DNA from: Epiperipatus broadwayi
Taxonomy: Eukaryota; Animalia; Onychophora
Assembly (NCBI GenBank): GCA_028023455.1
Contig: JAQFVV010000009.1
Span: 13,330,001-13,394,000 of the forward strand
Length of the DNA stretch: 64,000 nucleotides
Direction: 5' to 3'
Positions 26,151 through 38,252 of the stretch are shown here, one piece after another. Below the pieces are notes generated by a model, which did not search any database, had not been told where the DNA came from, and saw nothing but the letters and a program-made list of their open reading frames with translations. The position numbers and the translations under genes are program-made. Position 1 is the stretch's first letter. Each line of letters starts with the position of its first letter.

Positions 26151-28899
26151 CTAGTTATTTATAACTTCTTTAATGCTATAAATAGCAACTGTTAAATCTT
26201 TCACTTGTTTCAATATATAAAAAAAAAATATTTACATGAAAAAAACACATACATCAAATACTTCATATTTCTAATTAACTCATGCAAAATTTACATAAAG
26301 AGATTACTTTGATAAATAGTATACTATGGGATTGATGTAGTTAAATGAATTAATTCTCTTGCCATGTTTGTAAAATGGACTTACATATATTTTTCTGGTT
26401 CCAAATAAAATTATGAATTTTATTTTCAAGTAGGTGGGTTTAGGTGGGTTCATAATTATCCTAAATTGGTATTAAATATTAATTGGCAATGAGTATATAG
26501 ATGTTATTAGCTAAGATTAAAACCACTAAAATCTTCATCAGCCAGAGGTTAACAATATTGGTGAATAATGCCTCTTTTTTTTACTTTTCCTCTAAAAACA
26601 AAGGATACTGTTGCAGAAAACTGACTTCTGCAGAGTAACCAGAACTAAATGCACCACTGACCAATGAAAGTAAGCATAAACCTAATCATAAATGCATGCA
26701 AAAGACAATAATTACATCAAAATGCCTAATCATATATTATGTACAATATATATGCAATTGAATTATTTCATTTTATCCAAGACTTTTAGTTATAGCTTCT
26801 TTTTTCCTCAGTTATCTAGCAAATATATATAAATAATTTTGGGTCTAATAGGAAAACTATTTAAAAATAACAAGATTATAGGCTTCTATTTACTGCAACG
26901 TCATAAAACTTTAACGACATTAACCTTTTATGCTTAATATTCTCCTTAATCAAAGAATCTTTATATAAATTGTTTTATTGCTTCTGCTTGGCTGAATCAG
27001 AATGATTTATGATTAATTATGGTATCATTTGTTTCACAATATAGTTTCCAATTTTATTAAGCGCTTCCTGAATCAACAGTTTAAAACAAAAAGGAAAGAT
27101 TTCAAATTGTTTTTCTTGTTGACCTTAATTAATGGGAAAACGTCTTATCAAGCATAAATATATATCGAGCAGGACACTTGCAATAAATTGGGTTCTTTTA
27201 CTATACTATATATTCACAACTGAATATTGAGGAATAAAATTATATATATATTTTATTCCCACTATATTAAGGTTGCATAAACAGAATAGAGGCCTCTGCA
27301 ATTCTAAGATAATGTTTAATAATAATTATTATTATTAGCATTAGACATAAAATTATGTAAATGCCAATATAAATATCACTATTATAATTTAACTAAGGTC
27401 TTTATTTTAACAGAATCTTTCGATTCTTTTGATCCTATACTCTTCCTTAATTAATATCTGGATTTTCTAGAATATTCCATTGGCATTTTTATTTTTTGAA
27501 AATACAAACAACTATATATGTAATACATATTTAAAGCAAAATTATATGCCTTGGAATTTGAATCTAGGTGGAACGGAACTTGAACATTTTTTTAATAGGC
27601 TAAGGATATTCAATTCCCCTCCCCCAAGTCCAATCTAATTGGCCATCCAATTCCTGATTGGTAAATGGGAAAAAATGAATAATTCTGAAAATTTTCACTG
27701 ACTAGCAGTTGATCAGCCAATTGAGTAATGGTCATCTTAATATCTCTTCTATGAAACGATGGTGGGGGATTTTTTATAATCCTAAAATGAGCACTTTAAG
27801 TTTGCTTTTCTTTTTAGCCACAATACAATTGCAAATAATGCAAATATGGTAATTTATATTTACTCATCTTTGCATAGAAAAAATGTAATTTGAATGTGAT
27901 AATATAAATATATGTGCATGAATATATGAGTAAATGCATGCAGTAACAGTCTTTAAAACTACACTACAGAACACAGGCTTCTCCAATACTCTTCTAAAGA
28001 ATGGCAGCAAAGAAAAAGGCATTACCAGATTTTCCAAATTCTGAATAGTGTTTTTTTTTCTCTAATATTTTCTCATTCTTACATCATTCTTTAGGTTAGA
28101 TAGTTGGATACCCATTAATTTAATAGTGAAAAAGACACTATTCACTGGGATTACTAGTTGTTTGGTAATGAGAGTGTGAATGTTTTTCCTTTCTTGTTTT
28201 ACTCTTCTAGCTAAGAATAGCTAGATACCCATTTACTGACCAATAATGAATGCTTAGTTGGTTAAAAACAATCCACCTAAAAAATAAATCCTAAATCTAT
28301 TTAGAATCAGAAAAATTTAGTTATGGTAACACAATTTTTTTCCAACATTAATCTGAGACAAAACAACTCTAATCTACATTTAAAAAAACAACAACATTGG
28401 CTTACTTTATTTGAAACAATTCATAACATTAAGTAATGAAACAATCAGGTTGTCATATCATTAACACTCTAAAAAACTTCATTTAATTATTAACCATCAT
28501 CTGTATTTTATTTTTTTAAAAAAATATTTTCCTTTGTGGATTCATTTGAACTCTTCATATGATTTAGAAATATTACATTTTATAATTACAATAGCCAGCC
28601 TTTAGCTTAGGGGTTGTCAGATATCCATATACTATTTATTATGAAAATACACATTGTTACTGCATTTATTCCTGGTAAGTATGATATAATACAATTTTTA
28701 ATTTTAAAAATTAAAAAAAAACAAAAACAGGATTAGTCTGTAAATGAGGGGGAAATCTTGGTCTACTTTTTGCATTAATTTCTATTTTACTCTTGATCAC
28801 TCATTGATTCTTTTTTTTTAGCTATTATGTTTTTTTTAAATATGATATTTCACTGAATAATTTATTATAAGGTAATCCTCTTCTTCATCAAAATATTTG

Positions 28900-30010
28900 C
28901 TCGTAAAAATAAAGCTGTCATCCATATCCTTTTATTTTATTTTATATTTCAATGCGATTCATTTAAAATTCTGTAAATAATTAAATTGGGTTGTCCATTT
29001 TTTCTGATATAAAACACAACTGGAATGAAAATTCATAAATTCTTTAATAAACCATTCTTCTTGCGAAGTATATTTATGAAAGCTTTTACAATGAGAGAAC
29101 AATTTCACAGACAATCTTCTCATTGCACTTCCATTATCGTGTCTTTATCTCTCGTTGAAGTATATTTTTTGAAAAAATATTGACAGTTCAGATTATTCAT
29201 TTAAGAAGTTATTTTAAAAAAATAGAATATATTTCACACACAAAAAAATTACCAGCTACCTATTCAACATTCAATTTCACACTGGAAAATTGTTTTACTG
29301 TTTGTAGAAATGAGAATGAATTTTAACAATAATATTTCCAATGTTGAATGAAAGCATACCTGCAACTATTAGAATAATTATCATTGCAGATAATAAGAAC
29401 AACTATCAAGTTCAATAACTATTTATTTAATTGATAAATTTAATGATTAATAGACATATTTGTTCCTTTACTTGACAGATCACCAAAATTGAAGTTAATA
29501 TTGTCTGTGTAATATTTTATTTGTGTTTTTGTCAAGCTATTTGTTTGCAATATTTTCAAAATAGCATTTGAAATTACTTCTGATTTTACTCTGGTAAAGG
29601 AAACTAAATCTAAATCTTTGGTTTTAGATTCCATGTTGTTGGTAAAATGTTTTAATAAAAAAATAATTTGATATCTTTGTGATTTGAAGAATCTAAAAAT
29701 GAGTAAAAAATTGATAATTATCAAAACTAATTATTAATTGACATAGAAAATGCATCAGGATAAAATTTTTTGCAATTATTTTAGATGAACTTATAATACA
29801 CAGAATAAATACACATTTCCAATACAAGTTTAAAAATATTTTAACCTGCAACAAAATGTAAAGCTCACTTATGTCTATCAGACTGAATGTATCTTGTAAT
29901 ATCATTCTATCAATTAGAAAAAATTGAAAATTCTGAATTAGTGAACATTTGAGTACAATTTGAACTGTTCTTAATAAATGGAAAATCGTTCTGAAGTTTT
30001 TCATTAAATT
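28900..30010 (-). mobile_element. Decayed hAT-like transposase remnant
   Basis: ORF 29440-29724 reads TKDLDLVSF...SEVISNAILKILQTNSL....YYTDNINFNFGDLSSKGTNM, resembling the DNxNxNFG..R.G.N segment of some hAT transposases. No TIRs found. Confidence 0.5.
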
Positions 30011-31206
30011 TACAAATTCTTTTCTGAGAAGCTACTTCTAAAATTAATAAAATTAGAAAGATAAAAACAACTGACATTATTAACATTTATTAAGTTTTTA
30101 AATATTTTTTAAAGTAGTATGTTAAATTTAATGAAATATAAAAATAAATGAAAACATATAATTATAATAATAAAATAAAAAGTTCTATAAAATCATTAAT
30201 TTAGTGCTACATAATTAAATATGGAGTGTGGAATTATTCATATTAAAGAATTTGTATTTTCAAAACAAATAAAAGAAAATGACATTTTAATTACACCAAC
30301 ACTAAAGGTTCAGTTTTACAATAGCAGAATATTTATTAGCATTCTTATCCAATGACTGAACACTATAAAAATACTGAATATTATAAACCAAAAGTGCACC
30401 TAGATTATGAAGAAAATATCCAGACATCTAATTCCCAATATTATTGCATAAATACTGATCATAAAAATTTTAATTTCTGCAAATTAAAATAATTGTACAT
30501 GGGTATCATTATGTTTGTGGTGTACATGTGCGTCATAATATGTATGATATGTAAAATCCATAGTATTTCTATAATGCATATTTAATTATTATTGAATATA
30601 CTTCAATTCTACCACCCCTAGACACAATTCCATTATTATATAGACCAATAACAAGATACATATTGACTTTTTACAAATCTGAGACTATTTACAAAACCTA
30701 TAACATTTTCCAGTGCAAATACTGAAATGATATACTCCATCATAATCAATAACTATACAATCCAAATATCTAGATACCTATGTATAGCATAAACTTTTAT
30801 AATATTGTTGAACTATAAGTTTACAAACCAATACTTAGTACTGCATACATAGAATAGAGTAAGAAAAGACTGAGATTTTAAACAGAGATATGTGGTTTAC
30901 ATTATATACTCCGTGTTTTTATTCCAGGCTAGAAATGAGAAAAGTTACAAATCTATGTGTAACAGAAAAAAAAAATACAATCTTGAAAGCAGCTTAGCAT
31001 TTTCTGACTGCGGCATAGGAGTTATATCTTTATATGTACATTATTATATTAATGTCTTTTTTTGCTTTTAATTATCTAGTTATCATTTTATAATAGTGAG
31101 TCATATCATAAATTCGAGCAAAGTCACATACGCATCTGAATAAATGTTAGTTGGTGAAATTTTTTCATCCCTTATATATATAATATACATTTTGTTACTA
31201 AATGAA

Positions 31207-31624
31207 TTAGGATGTCTTTTTGTCTTTGAACCATAATAAATGTACTTCTGGTATACCATAATGAAAATAGTATAAATGTGCTGCCTTGAATATGTGTATA
31301 AATACCTTTTTTAAATGTATTGATAAATGAATGTATATTGTAATTTTTATTTTTAAATATTTTGGGGATATCTCACTGGATATTATTAAACATGAGGCAC
31401 ACGAGTAGAAATGTGATTGTGATTCTGACTCTCTCTGGCATAGTTTGCATTGTGTCTTCAACATTAGTGCAATTTCTTTTATATCTGTAGAAATAAAGGG
31501 TAGAAAGTGCTTCAAGATTAAGTTTTAGAAGAAAATCGTATTTTGTTCTAAATTTTTTAGTCAACTGCTTATTGGTTATGTTTAAAAAGGGGTTGTTATT
31601 ATCATTGGATGGGAAAGCACACAT
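31207..31624 (-). mobile_element. Possible L1/Tx1-type ORF2 C-terminal zinc-binding (zf-RVT) remnant
   Basis: Overlapping frames give KYDFLLKLNLEALST then CKLCQRESESQSHFYSC (C-x2-C-x7-H-x3-C), the pattern found downstream of RT in such LINEs. Confidence 0.45.
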
Positions 31625-32735
31625 TGAATATATTTCACAGAATTTAATTTTATTCTTGGGTGGGCAATATATAAAATTGGGAATGCATAATAAAGGAGAA
31701 ATTAACTTATTTCAGTAATTGCATATGGGTGGCAGCCTATCTGTGGGTGTAATTTTAAAAACTATTTCTAGATATGGAAATATCCTTGCACATGATGATA
31801 TAAAATTATGTGTTTTTTTAATTTTTTTTTAATTTATTGTACAAACTGTTAAAATCTTCTATTAGAACTGGAAGAATGTACATGTATGCTATGTTTTACA
31901 TTATTCTTTTGTAGTATAATGTAACAATTAACATGCATGCATCAATATATATTATTTTAAGTGAGCTGAATGACCAGGTCCTATTCATCACAATTCCTAT
32001 TCCAGCTGAAGGTGAGAATACTGCTCTGGAAAATAATGAATATCTTTGATTATCATAAAATTTTGATGGATATGTTTGTGATTTGTTGTATATCTTAGTT
32101 TCTAGCAAACCAACTATTTGTGGCTGAATAATATGAAGCTATTGTTAAGTTGATGTTTTTATTGTCTAGAGTTTAATCATTTGACATTGATAGAACCTAT
32201 TTTTATTAACATTCTGTCTTATTTAGTGTATAGACATAAATAATACAAAAAATATATTTATTAACTGTTTAATTCTATCTAAAGATATTATTTTTAAAAT
32301 AATGTTTTAATTATAGTATACTATATATATACTTAGTAATATTATAGTTTTTTTAAACTTGAGATAAAATTTTGCTAGACAAGTGATGAGTTATTGTGAT
32401 GCATCACTGGTTTTCAAGTTTTAGAGATAACTGATATTTCAAAATATTTGAAGTAGATCATTAATCAGAATAGTATGTGATGAAAGATTATTTTCTTGAA
32501 ATTTATTAAATACAATATGGAAAAAAAAAACTGTTAGTGTGGTTATACACACATTTATGCAATCAGTGAATTATCTAGATGATATTTTATCAGTATAAAC
32601 ATTCCACACATAAATATTTTATTTATTTATTTATTTTTTTAAAAAAGTACAAAAAATACCTAAAGAGTAATTATGAAATATCTGAATGAATTCATTTTTA
32701 GAGCAATCTTATATGGAATTACTATAACAGTCAAA

Positions 32736-33416
32736 TGCACATGCGCTTTCTAGTTGTCACTATATAAATGAATACTCCCACTTTTTCAAACACAAGATAA
32801 AGTCTTTGGGAAAAGATAGAATGAATCCATCTATCTTTTTGACCCTAACATATATGTATGGTCAAATCTTAAGTGTTTGAAAATGAGAGTGTGAAGTTGT
32901 TAATTGATCACTTTAAATTACTTTTTTACATGAATGAATGACGCCTGTGAAATTTCTAGAATTTATGATACGTCATTCTTATTAAATTAAACATATGTAA
33001 ACAAGACATTTATTTTATACAGTGCAATGTTTTTATAAACTGTAATACCAATAAGCCAATAAGCTAATGCACATGTGCTTTCTAGTTGTCACTATATAAA
33101 TTTAATAAAAATAACGTATCGTAAATTCTAGAAATTTCACAGGCGTCATTCATTCACGTAGTAAAAAAGTAATTTAAAGTGATCAATTAACAACTTCACG
33201 CTCTCATTTTCAAACACTTAAGATTTGCTCATATATATACGTTTGGGTTGAAAAGATAGATGGATTCATTCTATCTTTTCCCAAAGACTTTATCTTGTGT
33301 TTGAAAAAGTGGGAGTATTCATTTATATAGTGACAACTAGAAAGCACATGTGTATTAGCTTATTGGTATTACAGTTTATAAAAACCTTGCGCTATATAAA
33401 ATAAATGTCTTGTTTC
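32736..33416. mobile_element. Non-coding fold-back element: 332-nt unit with terminal redundancy plus an inverted, circularly permuted copy
   Basis: 34-bp direct repeat at 32736-32769 and 33068-33101. The segment 33099-33415 is the reverse complement of (32999-33067 joined to 32736-32988). 11-bp TSD TAACAGTCAAA at 32725-32735 and 33417-33427. Confidence 0.9.
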
Positions 33417-34374
33417 TAACAGTCAAACAAAAATAGGTTTGATAACTCAGCAATCTAAGATAATCATTTAACAATGCATAAGTATGAGTGAGTGATTTTT
33501 GATTTAAAAAAAAAAAAAATTATTTAAGAAGAAAATTCAAAAAATGTTTAGTACAATGAGATAAAAAACAATCATTGCAATTTCACATAATACAATGATA
33601 TAAACCATTTGTGATGTATAAAATTATGTTAATTCAAGCAAGGATACATAGATCATTTTTGATGGTGCAATAATATAAATGAATCATAATGTGTCAGATA
33701 ACTATTTCTTTTCTCAATTTCGAAATATGTAGTAACTGTTGCATATATATATATCAGAAATAATAATACTTTTCAAATAAACTTTACATTAAAAATCAAT
33801 GAAAAGTATTTCTATGCAAATCAAATAAATTTTTTACTTACCATTAGTATTATTACCTTTTTAATGAGAAATTTTATCTTCAAATTTTACTAAATTACAT
33901 CAAGTTCTTCTTTATTTTAAAGACTCTTAAAATGTTATAAAAAATATTACAATGGCTTCAAGCAATGGCAAACTTGAGACTGATAAAGTGCCTATAAATT
34001 TATTTTTGTATTATCTAAATTCACTTATTCATCTAATCATATATAAAATGTTGCTGTTCATCAAATATTTTATAAATAACAATTTTGAGTTGCTTTTTCC
34101 AATTCTAAATGAAGCAGAAACATTTGTAAATTAATGATTCTTGAACATTTCAAACATTTTCCAACTTGAGTTAACTGAAGTTTTCTAATGTTAATGTTTC
34201 CTGAAATGATTTTAATGAAAAGAATCCTAAGTTTGTTGAGTTGTATTAATACAATTTGATATTTCATGCTCTTAAAAAAAAGTCATATTAACCAAAAATA
34301 CATCACATGATGACATAAAACTAGGAAAATAAAAAAAGATATTTTTGTAATAACATTCCTATTTGTAAATATGT

Positions 34375-35085
34375 TTCCACAGAATATATGCATCTTGGAA
34401 TTCATTTGTTTTTTAGGATATCTTTATTCATACACTTAAAAAAAAAGTTTGTTAGTGTGCTGATTATAAATACATCTGTAAAAGATATTGCACATGGAAA
34501 AAGAGAAACTCCATGTGTATGTAATGTTTAATTTTTTAAAAAAATCTCTAACTAAGATCTAATGCTTATTTCTGGGCTAGAGATAATCTGTAGTTTAATA
34601 AATAATTAGTGATAATCATCAATGTATTTGTCTAGAATCGATCATGTCAAAGTTATGGGTGGAATAAGTTTGACCATTATAAATCAAAATATAAGTTTAC
34701 TATTGATAAATACTGCATATATGATGGAGATATATGTGAGATGGTGACCTGGGCCAACTAATGAATGCTGGTTCCATATGAAATTGCATCTGGAGATCAT
34801 TTGTCTTTGAAAATATCTTTATTCATGTTTTAAAAGAAATGTTTGATAGTGAAGAGGTTTTTAAAGACATCTATAAAAGATATTACACATGGGAAAAGAG
34901 AAACAAGTTAAATTACTCCATGCAGAGGGTTTAATTAAAAAACAAATATATTAATCTTTAACCGAGATCTAAAATTTATTTCTAGAGTAAAGATAATCTT
35001 TATTTTAATAAATAATTAGTGATAATTATTATTACATTTATCTAGAGCTGATATATCAAAATTGTGGATGGATTAAGTTTGATAT
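34375..35085. repeat. Diverged tandem duplication, period about 397 bp
   Basis: Shared blocks TCTRTAAAAGATATTRCACATGGRAAAAGAGAAAC (about 34474, 34870) and TTTAATAAATAATTAGTGATAAT (about 34595, 35005). Confidence 0.8.
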
Positions 35086-37066
35086 TAGTCAAAAAAAAAA
35101 AAAAAAGATTATTATATTAAAGGCAGTGATCATACAAATCATATAAATAGCAATAGCTTGATAATAAGAATTTTATGATGTAATGGCAAACATATTTACT
35201 TATCATACTTATAATCTGATATTAGAGTCCAGGCTAGATAGGCTATTTTTAAGTTGCAAAGAGTTTTACACTTTTTCAAGTAATCAATCAAAATCAACAT
35301 TGTAGCCATCCAGTTAATATTGGCAATGGGTTATTTGACTGTTATAACTAGATGGAAATTAATCATTAAGAAATAATGTAGATTTCACTATAGTAAAGAA
35401 CTGATCCCAAAGTTTACTATTACATTTTAGCAGTTTGAAGATTAATGTAATTTATGTATAACTATAGTATACATATATATGGTTTAAATTTTCTAATATT
35501 AAAAAAAAGTACATAAGATTTGACATTTTAAAATAGGAGTTGCACTTATGAAGAAAGAAATTTATTTACATGGGGATGCAAAAAATATCAATCTTATTTA
35601 CTTTCTGAAAATATTTCACAGTTACATTATTATTTGAAACACCTTTTGTTTGCATAATCCCTTTTGATATTAAGTTCTCCCCCCCCCCCTCTAATCAAGA
35701 ATTTTTTTTATTGTTGTTTTATGAGTGATCCATATGCAACCAATGTCAAAATGATTAAATAAAATTTGAACATTAACACAGATGTTATTACAGTAGAAGC
35801 AAATCAGAGGATTATAAATTGCTCCAAGTCAAGTGGGGTTAGACCATAATCTCATCATTTTGGGATTTCCAAATGCTTTGTTATTTTTGCAAAGGCTTAG
35901 ACAAATCTCAAGTAATCAGCAGGCGGCTGATGTAAAATCATTTTAAAAGAAATATAAATAAATCAAATGATTATTATTAATGACTGGTAAATATTTTAGC
36001 AAAACTTAATCAAGAATAACCCATTAATTTACACTTTTTTTTAAAAGCTCAAGATTGTAACAACAACAAAAAAATATTAAATGCTTAAATGAATCACTTC
36101 ATATCTATCATTCTTTAAATAAGAATTATGTCGAAAAATTTTTTTCAATAACTTATTGATTATTTTTTGTATTAAAAGGTTCTATTTGCAAATTTATAAA
36201 TGTATTTAATTTTTTTCACAGTATAACTGAACTATCTTCTAGCCCCTTTTGATAATCAAATTTTGTCTATCTCATGTTAAAAATATTTCTAAAACATTTC
36301 TATCATTATACAATTTTTAAAAAATAAGATGAATTTTTTAAATCTTAAATAAAGATCCCTTTTTTAAATCATATTATTAAAGACTAAGATAACAGACTCA
36401 CTGTTGTAACAAAGTTTACATTGTGTGTGTCTGTGCACAATACTTAAATATAATTCATTTGATCAATCTTATTTATTCTGAAAACTTCACCCATTTATTA
36501 AGAGTAGTTATTTACCAATATACATCAAAAATTCTGAGCTGCTTGAAAAATTTCATCTCCACTCAGATTTAAATTTTAAATCATGGATAGTAAGTAGAAT
36601 ACTAAATAATACCCCATGAGCTACTTGAATCACAGCTAATAAAAGAAAAATTTGTATATATCATTTTCAATACACAAAATAAATTGTTAGATTAATTTTT
36701 ATAATATAAATTTAAATTACCTATTTATGTAATCAAATATATATGTATGTGGATGTATGGATAAGACAGTGTTGGTAAGTATCTCCTGATTATAGATTCA
36801 CTATGCTATTTGATAATAACCTTTTATTTACAAATATAAATTAAATTATTTCCTGTAAATTTAGGAAGACTCAATTAAAAAAGAACTATCTAACATTAAA
36901 TGGAACATTATTAGATTTTGCAAAGTAAGGAAAACAGGATAAAAAAGCAATTGATTTAAAAAGTAATCATGTATTTAACTAAAAAATGATACAAATACTA
37001 GAAACATTACTGGATTGGGATTTATTATAAGAACAATTTTGTGGAGATTGATGGTACATCAGACAG

Positions 37067-37165
37067 GCATTGGTGGTTGAGTGGTCGGTGTGGCTGCCTT
37101 GCAAGCAGTTGTCCCGGGTTTATGGGTTTGCTTCCCGGCTGATGCTTTGACACATAAAAAAAAAA
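37067..37165 (+). mobile_element. tRNA-Gly-derived short SINE or tRNA pseudogene
   Basis: GCATTGGTGGTTGAGTGGT..GGCTGCCTTGCAAGCAGTTGTCCCGGGTT..TTCCCGGC matches tRNA-Gly(TCC). It has a mutated anticodon and an 8-nt duplication in the T-loop, and ends in TGACACAT(A)n. Confidence 0.8.
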
Positions 37166-37279
37166 TATCAAATGCAAATAATTCAGGATTATGCACCATA
37201 AGTTCTCATGATGAATAAATAGAAGATTTTTATATATACAAAATACTATTGATTAGATCAAGCATTATTTTAAAATTAT

Positions 37280-37760
37280 CATGAGAGGATTTAATAACAG
37301 AAATATAAAGATGCTGTGAGTTAATTTGGTTATGGAGTCAGAAATAAATAAGAACAAAGACTTGTGAAATTTGCAAAAAAAAACCTGTATATTATTAACG
37401 GCTTCTTTGAGAAAAATGCATATAGCAGAATTAGATTATATTTTGACTAACAGAAAATATGTATTTTAAGGGTGTAATTTTCTTAATAGATTCAACAATA
37501 AGAAATGATCACCAATTAGTGTTATGTAAAATTTATGTTAATGCAAAACTACAGAGACAAAAACTATTTTAAAAAAGAATATTAAAAGTATACATTTCTA
37601 ATCTTCAGAATTACTCCAATGAATTTAAATTAGAACTTGAAAAAAGTTTTAAAATATCAACAACCTGAAAGTATTCAAACTTGAAGGAAGCCAATAAAAA
37701 GATATCTGATACACTAGCAACAACTGCTACATGGATATTTGGTACCAAAAAAAAAAAGCA
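37280..37760 (+). mobile_element. RTE LINE endonuclease fragment
   Basis: Inverted similarity to 40200-40640 (MGDFN, GYG.RN, EFA, LDYILTN and DH regions), with internal deletions. Confidence 0.75.
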
Positions 37761-37810
37761 GCAATTCATCAATAAATAACTTAGATAAACAATGTATAAT
37801 ATCTCATTAT

Positions 37811-38106
37811 ATATGTTTAATATCAACTAAAGAATGACGGGTCGTAAATGTAAAGATTTCGCAAGTCTCATTCCTTCAAACATAGCAAATGTAATTTAAA
37901 GTGATTGTCCTTCATGTTCTTATTTCCACACACTTAAGATTTGTCCATACATAAACGTTTGGGTCAAAAGAATGGGTAATTCATTCCATTCTTTCTAAAA
38001 TACTATATCTCGTATCTGGAAAAATTGAGAGTATTCATTTATAATTTATCTTTAAAGTGCATGTGCATTGGCTTAATTGCTAATATCACTATTACATAAA
38101 CAATGT
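37811..38106 (+). repeat. Diverged single copy of the 332-nt family
   Basis: Aligns by eye to 33100-33390 (GTAATTTAAAGTGAT, CACTTAAGATTTG, CGTTTGGGTC, GAGTATTCATTTATA, GCATGTGCATT). Confidence 0.85.
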
Positions 38107-38252
38107 ATGAAAAAAAAACAAGAAATATAAAAAAATACTTTAAAATGATCCATTAAAAAAAATTGAATATGTAGAATTCTGTAACATGGGATGAAAAAAT
38201 AAATGATGAATAAAAACATAATTCTGAATTGATAGAGAAGCTTTAAAATAGA

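Noticed and set aside
26590-26690. AG...GTAAGC-bounded 66-bp candidate exon
   Set aside because: All three frames contain stops and there is no other support; it could only be a UTR exon.
33215-33285. CTTAAGA-TTT-GACC..GGTC-GAAA as a hammerhead core in the 332-nt family
   Set aside because: The essential G5 is U, stem I does not close after the putative cleavage site, and the GAAA is better paired inside the 10-bp hairpin.
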